Assembly (NCBI GenBank): GCA_009602725.1
Contig: WELB01000017.1
Location: 160,426 to 183,954, forward strand
Source of the DNA: Spirogloea muscicola
Taxonomy: Eukaryota
Direction of reading: 5' to 3'
Length of the DNA stretch: 23,529 nt
The translations under genes were made by a program, and so were the position numbers. Positions 1-9,724 of the stretch are shown one piece after another. The notes beneath the pieces were generated by a model, which saw only the letters and a list, made by a program, of their open reading frames with translations, had not been told where the DNA came from and did no database searches. The stretch's first letter is position 1. Each line of letters opens with the position of its first letter.

Positions 1-84
1 CTTTGGACTTGCTGTGTGGCAAGGGAGCAGCAGCGCTTGTACGGGCATTGAACATGTCTTATTTTCTATGTGTGCTGTGAACAG

Positions 85-1378
85 CTTATGTCAGAGAGTA
101 TGAAGGCAAAGCAGATGCAGTCAGCCTTATTGGTGGAGAGGGAGGCCTTGGAGTCAAGGTCGAAGCATCTAGATGCAACAGCTGAAGTACACAAGCAGCA
201 TGTTGCTCGCCTCGAAGAGCAGGTAATGCACCTATTACTGCTTTGCTGCTGTGTTACAGTTCCGCTGACATTCGTTTGCTGGCATGGAAGACGTCCTTAC
301 CTTGTCTCATGAGTTGGTTGTTGTGAGCAGGCAAGGGCAACTTTTGAGCAGCTAGTCAAGACAGCAGAGGAGAGTAGGCAGCACAAGGTTGTTCTGGAGG
401 CCGTCAAGAGGAGTGCGGAAGATGCTGAAAGAGATTCCTTACGGAACAAGGCAGAAGTCGAAAGGGTCCGGGAGGAGCTTGAGAACAGAGACCGCATTCT
501 TGCAGAGAGGAGTGCCGAGGCAGAGAAAGAAAGGCAAGTAGTACCTGACATGGTTGCTTGTACTTTTTCACTTCAATATATCTGATTTGCAGCCACTTGC
601 TTTGGAATGTCATGACCCGTTAGAAGCCACCAGTAATACCAGGAGCTCCCAGTCATTAGCCAGTGGAGCAACCATAGCATCTGCATCATGAACTGTTGGG
701 TTTTTGTTGTCAAGTGCTGCCAGTTGAGGCCTACCATGGCTCTCCTGCAGATTCAAGAGGAAACGAGTAGAGGAGGAGGCTGATCGATTGAAGGAGAAGG
801 TCCTGAGGCTTGGGGGCCAAGATAGCAGGGGTTCCACAGTTGAGCTTCTTTTGGAAGAGATCAAGGAGTACAAGTCAATACTTAAATGTGGTGTCTGCCA
901 CGACCGTCCAAAGGAGGTAGGTTCTGCACATTCTTCCTCCTTTACTAGGATGAAGATGTGCAGGTTATATTGTGCACCTGCACAATACATAAGTAGATGC
1001 CATGAGTTGGCATCTATTTATGGCTTCCCTGACCTATACAGCGTGGTCTTACCATGGATCTAATGAAAGCCTGCAATGAGGAAGGAGTCGCAAGAATGTT
1101 TGACACGGATGTCTTGCTTTCTGCAAGAGCAAAAAACATTCAGTTAGCTTGTATCTATCATGCCTCCAGCTGTTAGACTGCTAGCATCACTTAAGGTGAT
1201 CCTATGTGGTGTTTACTGATACAATGCAAGGTAACTTTGCTGGCAGGTGGTAATCACAAAATGCTATCATCTCTTCTGCAGTCCGTGCATTCAACGGAAT
1301 TTAGAGATTCGGCACCGCAAGTGCCCCGGCTGCAACGTAGCATTTGGTGCAAATGATGTCCACCCAGTGTACATCTAG
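85..1378 (+). CDS. HUB2: BRE1/HUB-type histone H2B E3 ubiquitin ligase, 3' part (5' exons outside window); exons 85-222, 331-533, 751-916, 1247-1378
   Basis: Spliced translation gives a coiled coil (LMSESMKAKQ...ERFKRKRVEEE) then a C3HC4 RING, ILKCGVCHDRPKEVVITKCYHLFCSPCIQRNLEIRHRKCPGCNVAFGANDVHPVYI*, typical of plant HUB/BRE1 (LEIRHRKCPGC is HUB2-like). All exon phases match; intron 534-750 is GC-AG. Confidence 0.93.
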
Positions 1379-2731
1379 GTATTAGGAGGTGGAAGGTACA
1401 GGTGCTGCGTACGGCTTAGATGAACCGGACAATCAAATTCTTTGACCCTATTTGGGTCGAAGCAGGGTCTCTCATCAGTAACTTCTTGACGCCATGGTTC
1501 TGAGGTCGAAACGGTTCTGATCAGTCAACTACCTTGCTGTGACCGTGCTCGCAGTGATGCATGTCCTTGTGCATACCGCAAAATATGTCAATCTTGCAGC
1601 TGTTGAATATCTGCTGTGCAATGGATGTGCAAACTTGCACCTGCCAAGGCTTACCTGTTTCAACCTACTGCAAAGAATATGAAGGCATGCAACACTGATA
1701 GTTGCTTACAGCAATCATCACTTTGGCCTTCGAGACTCGCTGGCTTGGCCTACACAACAGCTTACGTGGCGTGCTGGAACTCGCCGTCTAGGGCGGCAGA
1801 GAGCAGCCCGGCTTCGAAGTTGCCGGGTTGCTTGCTCGGGTATACAGCATGCGCCTTGTCATCAGCCTGCAGCGTTCTTTGGCACTTGCCGTGCACTTGC
1901 GGGCAAGCCTTGCCTTGGCTACTGCCTCCAACTTTCGACAGGGGCGTCGTTTTTCCGCCCTCTGATTTGCACTTGCTGACCAGGGTTATTGTGCCCACTT
2001 GCAGGAGTCACGGAGAGTACTTTCGTGCATTTTGCGCTTTCCAGCCCTTTCAGACCTTGTATGTTAGGTTGGGCTGGCCTCTCACAGTCATCGCCTTACG
2101 GTTGAAGAGCTGTTTCATTTCTTTTCCTTTTCAAGAGCTTCTTACTTTCGGACCTTGTCTATTACCTTCGGAAATGGACATGGACCATGGTCCAAGGAGG
2201 ACAAGGAGATGATCTGAGGTGGCCGCGGCCATGGACATGGAACGCGGTCCAGAGGGGCCGGGAAATTCCAGGTGACCCTTATGTGAATATCCAATTGCTA
2301 CCTAGATTCCCAAGCTCACGCAGTGCACTTGCGGACAGGCCGCGCTTTGGCTGCTAACTCTAATTCTCGTCGGGGTGCCTCTTTTCCAGCTGCCACTTAC
2401 TCCGACTTGCGGCTGCTGACTCTGGAAAATATAAATCACGGAACTTTGCAGGCTCGTGGAAGAAAATGGAGTGTGTATTGACTGACGGAGGGCCTGAGTG
2501 GCCAAGTACGAAGGCAAGCACATTGGCAGATGTGCCACCAGCTGAGGCTCGACCCGCTTTCTGGTGCAAAGCCTGAGCCTGAGCTCGCTGCAAACAGTCT
2601 GACACACGACGTGGCAAAAATGACAAGTAGGCTGCCGGCATGCCAACTGGCAGAACTGCTCACTGCTGCTCTCACTGCCTCGGCCCGGGCCTCCTGGAGC
2701 CGCCGCCTCTGGCCCTCCTCCGGAGGCCGCC

Positions 2732-3934
2732 ATGGCGGCGCCGCAGGTGCTGGTCTTCGACGTCAATGAGACGCTCCTAGACCTCTCCGCGCTGGACGCC
2801 CGCTTCGCGAGCGCCCTCGGTGGCAGCGGCGGCGGTGGCAACGTAGGCGAGCCGCCGGTTGTGCTGCGCCGCGCGTGGTTCAGTCAGCTGGTGGAGCTGG
2901 CGCTGGCGTCCACGGTGACGCGCCAGTATCGCAGCTACGCCGAGCTCGGCGGCGCGGCGCTGGACATGGTGGCCGCCGCGCGCGGCGCACAGCTGGGCGC
3001 TGCGGAGAGGTCGATGGTCGTCGAGGAGGGCATGGTGCAGCTGCCGGCGTACCCGGAGGTGCGGGACAGCCTTCGGGAGCTCAAGGTGAGCCACGGCAAC
3101 ACCTCTGGCCAGTCATAGCGGTTTCTCCAACGACGGAGTCGCTGGCACTGATGCTGCTCGCTCGGTGCGTCCGCGGCGGCCGCCAGAGCAGGACGCGGGC
3201 TTCACGCTGGTGGCCCTCACCAACGGCACCATGAAGACCGTCAATGCGCAGCTGCGCTACGCCGGTCAGATGGGTCCCCTTGTTCTTGGACTGCCTCCTG
3301 TGCTCAGCATGGCGCCGCGCTCCTGCGGCAGACTGGCTACCGTGTGTGCACTACTGTACGTGTTGCAGAGAAGGGCGTGCTGGGCAACGCCCCACCTCGG
3401 TAGCTCGTTGCGTTCAGTGGCGGCTGTTCTTGGCGCAGGTCTGGACGACTGCTTCGCTGAGGTGTTCTCGGCAGACGATGTCCAGCGCTTGAAGCCGGCA
3501 CCTGAGCCCTACCAAGTGCGCAGTTTCTGAACCCTTTACATTCAGTGTGGCCTCCGTGATCATCATGATGGAGTCCTCATTGCCGTTGGAGATGACAGAT
3601 GAGGTGCATGGGAGACAGGTGCTTCCAAGCAGCGGTTTATTGCATAGACCAGTACGCATGCTGGAGCTTGCCAGCTCTGAGTATGTCACTGAAGGGACTA
3701 TGACTCAGTCTGGAAGATGCATCACCGCAGATGGTTGTGGAGAAACTGGGAGTGCAGCCAAGCGAGGTGTGGATGGTGGCGGCACACGCTTGGGACCTCA
3801 TGGGGGCGCAGGCAGCAGGCCTGCACACGGTGTTCATTGCCAGGCCCGGAAAGGTTCTGAGCCCCCTGATGCGTGTGGATTGTGAGGGCTCCAATATGGT
3901 GGATATCACCCGACAGCTGGTGAGCAGTCAGTAG
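2732..3934 (+). CDS. Haloacid dehalogenase type II (HAD superfamily), 235 aa; exons 2732-3085, 3192-3264, 3439-3515, 3731-3934
   Basis: HAD motif I VFDVNETLLDL, motif II LVALTNG, motif III KPAPEPY and motif IV-like MVAAHAWDLMGA. Three GT-AG introns with matching phases give 708 nt of CDS. Confidence 0.88.
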
Positions 3935-4365
3935 TGCAACGTTGGTTGTGCCCTGCCAAAGGCAAAAGGTCATAGCTTTCCATGGTGGTCTCACGAACAT
4001 TCGTGTAATCACTAAGTTTGGTCGGCCAGCATCATCAGAGCAACTTCCTCAGAAGCATCTATGATGCAGCCAATGTCCACAACCGGGTGGATATTTGCCC
4101 TCCAGCTTGCAAGCTCAAGTTGCATGGCTCCTCCAAGATGCACAATTTTCCTGCTCACCACTGCAGGGCTTCCCTCTTGCATTCCACGACGCGGATTTCC
4201 AGACGTTCCGTATCAGAGCGGTGCTAATTGCAAACCACTGGCCTTCATACTATGCAGTCAGATCTCAAGCATTCGGCCTTCTCGTCAGAGCACATTAGCT
4301 CACCTCATGGAGAGGGCTAGCCAGGCAATCAAGACGCTTGGAAGTCAAGCATTGAATCTTGAGAA

Positions 4366-4430
4366 GCTAATCGTTGGGGTATTGAGTAGGGGCTAATCGT
4401 TGGGGTACGAGTAGGGGCTAAAGTAAGGGC
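4366..4430 (+). repeat. 25-26 bp tandem repeat, 2 copies plus a partial (gctaatcgttggggta..gagtaggg)
   Basis: Units start at 4366, 4392 and 4417; they contain four GGGG tracts. Confidence 0.8.
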
Positions 4431-4484
4431 AGCGAGTCCGGTGGTCAGCTCCTCGGCAAGCTGTTGGGAGTAGACCCGCCCTTG

Positions 4485-4878
4485 TCAGGACGGTGGGCGC
4501 GGCTCATCCGGCTTGGACCACCCCGCGAGGTCCTCGGCAGTGAGCTCGTACGTGTCGCTGCTGCCGCGCCGGACGCGCTCGTCGCCAGCCAGGAACGTCT
4601 CGATGCTGCCGGGCTCGCCGAACCACCCAAGCCGGTCGGCGATGAGGTGCACGTTGGCGCAGCCGGGGCAGCGCACGAGCACGACACCGCGGTCGTACGC
4701 CTGTCGGCTCACCGCCTTGGCCGACCGCGTGCCGCAGGCCTTGCAGGTGTACACGAGCGCCAGGTCTCGGCGGCCCGAGGCGCCTCGCGCTCTGGCGGCG
4801 GCGTCGGCCGCTTCCGGCGAGGCAGCGGACGGGTCGGCGCGGAGCTCGCCGCCGCAGCCGCCGCCGCCGTCGCCGCTG
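4485..4878 (-). CDS. ZIM17: DNL-type zinc-finger protein (Zim17/Hep1/Tim15 family Hsp70 escort), 5' end lost in gap
   Basis: DLALVYTCKACGTRSAKAVSRQAYDRGVVLVRCPGCANVHLIADRLGWFGEPGSIETFL has two CxxC pairs plus the HLIAD(N/R)LGWF signature; it resembles the plant mitochondrial member. Stop at 4485-4487. Confidence 0.9.
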
Positions 4879-5019
4879 NNNNNNNNNNNNNNNNNNNNNN
4901 NNNNNNNNNNNNNNNNNNNNNNNNNNNNNNNNNNNNNNNNNNNNNNNNNNNNNNNNNNNNNNNNNNNNNNNNNNNNNNNNNNNNNNNNNNNNNNNNNNNN
5001 NNNNNNNNNNNNNNNNNNN
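4879..5019. other. Assembly gap (141 N)
   Basis: Run of N between GC-rich flanks. Confidence 0.99.
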
Positions 5020-5124
5020 GCCGCCGGCAACCCGACGTGCCTCGTGGGCGGGCACGCCGTGCCCGTTGGCAGCAACTGCGCCGTCACCGCCGCCACCGCC
5101 TCCTCCCCCTTCAACCAGGTCTAA

Positions 5125-5155
<31 letters not shown>

Positions 5156-6364
5156 CCCGCCGCCGCCGTCGCCGCCGCCTTGACGAGCGTCACGCCGCCG
5201 CAAAGCTGCTGCCCCTTCGCCCGTCGCTCAGACAAACCCGCAGCCGCGTGGGCCTGATCACGAGTCACTGTGGTGGCGTTCAGGGTTTGAGGGTTAAATA
5301 CCCTGAACTCTGGACCCTCAGATTGTTGCATATACATCTCTTCTTCTCTACTACCAATCAAATTGCAGTGGTTACAATCCTTCTGAATGCTGTGCCTTGA
5401 GTGATGCCCCAAGTGAGAGAAGCATTCTCATTGATGTCATGTCAGTGTTGGGAAAAGCTTACATGTAAGTCAAGACCTCATTTCTGGGTATGATGCTTGG
5501 CAACAAATCTGAATTCTCACCTATCAAGACAACCATCTGTATCTCGTTTGGCCTTTGCTCCAGATGTGCTTTCAATATACTTGCTGAATATGATCGACAT
5601 AGTGAAGCTTATTGGTCATCATTATCAATCACACAGGGCTGATCTTAACCAGAGATGCACAAGTGATTCTGACGTTATTGTTCTTTCTATGAAGAAGCTA
5701 GTCTGATAGTCTGAACTCAGATTATCAAGGTATGACCTCAACGTCGGTGACGATGATCATGGAAGTGCGAAGTGCTAGACCAGCTACCAGTCAAGCGACA
5801 ATATGTCAGGGAGCATCTTCACATTTTGACACTGACAATGTGGTCCTCACTGGAAAAGCGTTACAAGTTAACTTGCAGATTAGATACATAAGGAACAAAC
5901 ACAATGCGTCCAAGATGTATCAAGAGGTTCGATTGCATTTGATGAAGAGGTGACAAATTCAAGACTAGCTGATGTGCAGGAGCAGGGTGAGAAAGCCGTT
6001 GAAATGCTAGGCAAGGAATTGCCAATCTTCAAAGAGAAAGATAAGCCGACCCAAGCAACAAGGAAGTCTGTGACCCTTTTCGGACAAGTGGTCAAGGTGC
6101 TTCCATGTGTTTCAGACCACGATGTAGAAACTCCTCCTTGCTCACAAATACATCCCTATATGCTCAACATGTGGTGCAAAAAAGCTGTTGCTGATTGAAC
6201 GAAATGCTACTACATAGAACAGCTGGAGCTGAGTGAATTCACCTGCAAGAGGAAAAGTTATTTGTTGCACTCAGGTGGTACCCTTGACTATAGAAACCTG
6301 GACGAAAGCACAACTAGTAATTTCAGAAGTGACAGTTGCTTTTTCAAGTCCAAGCTCCTGCTAG
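5020..6364 (+). CDS. Tentative unrecognised multi-exon gene, 5'-partial; candidate exons 5020-5118, 5322-5412, 5564-5662, 5721-5764, 5879-5926, 5980-6096, 6275-6364
   Basis: 5020-5118 has typical GC3-rich + strand codons (AAGNPTCLVGGHAVPVGSNCAVTAATASSPFNQ) ending CAG|GT. Downstream AG..GT segments chain in phase. No family recognised, and two introns are short (58 and 53 nt). Confidence 0.3.
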
Positions 6365-6519
6365 TGTGATCTTGTGTAAAGTATGAGTCCTAGAATTATT
6401 TATAGCTAGAGGCCGGAAAGACGTCAAGTCACAAATCAGAGGTCGGAGCCGGAGTACTCAACGGATCCAACAAAGCAACAAGGGATGTCCAGGGGAGATC
6501 GGCACAGTGTGCTTCTCCC

Positions 6520-7195
6520 AGAGGAGGTTATTGAGGAGAGGGCAAAGCGGCAGCGAGAGAGCGGAAAGGAGCTTGCGACGACGTCGAGGGCCGAGGCCTC
6601 TGGGGCAAGTCACATAAGCGGAGCCGGAGAACAGAAGTCGCTAGAAGTTGAAGCCTCGCCGAGCCATCGGTGCCAGAGCGAGGCGCGGAGTCGCAGGAGG
6701 CGGGCGCGGGCTTGCACTGGTCGTCGCGCGGCGTGATGGAGAGCGTCAACAACCGCAGGCAGCCATAGGTGCTTGCTTTGAAGGCCGACGACAGCTACCG
6801 GAACTCCTCTGAGGACTTCCTTACTGAGTCTGAGCTACAGCCGTCACTCGTCAGCTCCGCATGCTTGTTGTACCATGCGAGCAACGGCTGTAGCTCAGAC
6901 TCAGTGAGGAAGTGTTCCGACCGGTAGCTGTCATCGTCGCCGGCCTTCAAGGCCAGCACCCACAGCTGCCTGAGGTTGTCGACGCTCTCCAGCACCGCCC
7001 CGCAACGACCGGTGCAGGCCCGCGCCTCTACGACTGCCCGCCTCGCTCTGGCACCATCGGCGAGTGTTCAAGTAGTGACTTCTGTTCTCCGGCTCCGGCG
7101 ATGTGACTGGCCCCACGAGGCCTTCGGCGTTGTCGTGTCGCAAGCTCCTCCCCGCTCTCTCGCTGCCGCTTTGCCCGCTCCTCAAACTCCTGTGC
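6520..7195. repeat. Long imperfect inverted repeat (fold-back), ~320-bp arms, apex ~6864-6873
   Basis: 6823-6844 actgagtctgagctacagccgt is the exact reverse complement of 6884-6905. ttgaggagagggcaaagcggcagcgagagagcgg (from 6531) pairs with 7152-7185. The intervening arm sequence aligns with scattered mismatches and indels. Confidence 0.93.
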
Positions 7196-7328
7196 CTCTC
7201 TTCTCTCCTTGATCTCCTTCCTCTCACGACGCCGTCGTCTCCTCTCTTCCAGCGCCTCTGGCGACAGGGCCGCTCTCACGCCGATAGACTGCGTGCAACT
7301 CGGGTCTTGCGAGAGAGGTTGTCCCACT

Positions 7329-7933
<605 letters not shown>

Positions 7934-8134
7934 TGCCGAGGGCGCACCCTTGCCTGTAGCGTTCCGCCCGTCTGGGCGCATTACCCTCCCATTAACGCGT
8001 TCATGTGGTATCTGAGGCGCGAGCCCTTTCTGTGTAGAAGAAGGGCTCGCGCTGCTCGTTTCTCCCGCGCGCGTTGTCTTCTCCCACCAGCGATGTACCG
8101 CTTCCCGCTTGGCGTGACTCCTGTCTTGCGGTTT

Positions 8135-8278
8135 CCTCAAGGTCCGCCCGTGGACGTCACATGTCCTACGGCTCCCTCGCGGTCCGCCCGTGGCTGTTAC
8201 CTGTCCACCTTACGGTACCCTCGGGGTCTTCCCGTGGACGTGACATGTTCCCGCGATCGACCCTCGTGAGGCCTGTCC
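8135..8278 (+). repeat. Degenerate 40-44 bp tandem repeat, ~3.4 units
   Basis: Units start cctc at 8135, 8175, 8219 and 8262; core ggtc.(g/t)cccgtgg(ac)gt.ac.tgt.c. Confidence 0.7.
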
Positions 8279-9088
8279 TGATGGGATGGGCCTTGAAGCG
8301 GCTCCCACACACCTTCGAGGGGGTTGGCATTGCAGCATCAGATTAGTCGCCGAGAGCGGGCTTGATAATTTGATCAGTGAGACCAGAGAGAGGCATAGCC
8401 CTGCTTGCCTGCTGCTGCATCTGCCGCCAGCTGTGCTGCCGTGGTCTGCTGCTCAGCAAGTCGCCGCAGCTCGTCGCTGCGGACATTGGCGGCTCTTCGA
8501 AAGTGCCATGGCTGCGCCCCAAGCGGGGACAGTTACTAACCCAGACCCTCAGTAGAGTTGCCGCCTTCTAGCGGTGCCTCAGGGTAAGACTTCCGCTGTG
8601 TTATAGTAGTGCTTCACTGTAGGGGGTTGCTTCTCAACCCCCATTGACCGAGTCCAATCAGGACGTAATAATCCACAACTGCGTGTATAGGGATCAGGAC
8701 GTCACACTGCCCGGCCCAGGCGCACGGCCCGGCCTCCCTTCAGCGTGCCGGTCGTGCCCTCGCTGCGGCCTCTGGCCCTGGCCTGGGGACCCGCAACCAG
8801 GAGCCCAGTTTCTCCCGACCTGCGGTTGCTTAGCAGGGATATCTGAGTGTTTCGTAGCTGCTTCATTCCATCTGTGCTAGCTTCAGCGATTTCTTTTGGC
8901 CCTCCGACCTTTCTTCATTTTGTTTCTTGAGCTGGCCTCTCCAGCCACCGCCCTCTCATGGAAGCGTCTTTCTCTTCTCTTCGGGCGGCTCGGAATAGAA
9001 AACAGCGCTGCCAAATCGAATATAAGTGGCTCTCCCAATGGGGCCCCGGAAGCGCCCTCTGCGCGATCGGCCCCCGCGGCCCTCGCGA

Positions 9089-9465
9089 GCAGGCCGCGCT
9101 ATGGCTGCTGCGTCTGGGTCAAGGCAGAGTGCCTCTTTCCCAGCTGCGAGTTACTCGGACGTGCTGCTGCTCGCTCGTGGGTACTAAGCTTTTCAACTGC
9201 GTCGCCTCGTGTTTAGCTGTGTGATTTTTCTTTTAGGCTCTTTTGGACCATGTCCGTTCTTGTTGGGCTTGGCCTTTCGCCCTTTTTGGGCTGGCTTTTC
9301 GCAGCCCTTGCCCCCATTGGCAGTGCCACTTCTTATTCTTATTTCGCCCCTCCCATCCCTGGGCGATCAATCCCCCCGCTCTCGCACCTTTTTGGCTTTT
9401 TGGATTTTGTCCTTTAAGGGCTGGCCTATGCAAGCCCCTCTTCTCTATGGGCGCGCAATTCTTCT
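9089..9465 (+). mobile_element. Dispersed non-coding repeat, reverse-complement homologue of 16700-17032; probable non-autonomous TE relic
   Basis: Colinear similarity along the length, including an exact 21-mer: agcccctcttctctatgggcg (9433-9453) is the reverse complement of 16715-16735. Internal tttgggctggc...cagccc modules. Termini and target-site duplication not resolved. Confidence 0.6.
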
Positions 9466-9558
9466 CGCGGCTCGGTACACACCCCGCACACGCGCCGCCG
9501 GATTGAACTGGCCGATCGAACGGCCCGCGGCGGATGGGCGCGTCGCCACGCTGGAATC

Positions 9559-9628
9559 CACGTGAGCAGGGGGTCCAGTTTGATGCGGACGTGGCTGCCG
9601 CGTGTGCGACGGAGGCGGGCCACGTGGC
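9559..9628 (+). promoter_or_regulatory. Pair of G-boxes (CACGTG 9559-9564 and 9621-9626; the second is ABRE-like CACGTGGC) upstream of the Gly-rich gene
   Basis: Motif match and position only. Confidence 0.35.
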
Positions 9629-9724
9629 GGCCTAGCTGGCCCCGCTTCCCGAGCGCGCGCGCACACTTCCGGGCGGAGGCCGCCGCGCGCCCCGGATCGC
9701 GCCGGACGACCGCCGTCGCGGNAG

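Noticed and set aside
1616..2212. 198-aa + strand ORF
   Set aside because: GTG start, no motif and Cys/Leu/Ser-rich random composition. It has faint ttgggctggc/ttccagccc resemblance to the repeat family, but too weak to call.
2732..3934. Bacterial contamination explaining the HAD gene
   Set aside because: Three phase-consistent spliceosomal introns and gap-free contiguity with the HUB gene.
4485..5114. ORF-track 209-aa DNL protein spanning the gap
   Set aside because: Frame across N is arbitrary, the start is TTG, and the post-gap portion looks like the antisense of a + strand exon.
8135..8278. CRISPR-like array
   Set aside because: Whole units are degenerate copies with no unique spacers; eukaryotic context and no cas genes.
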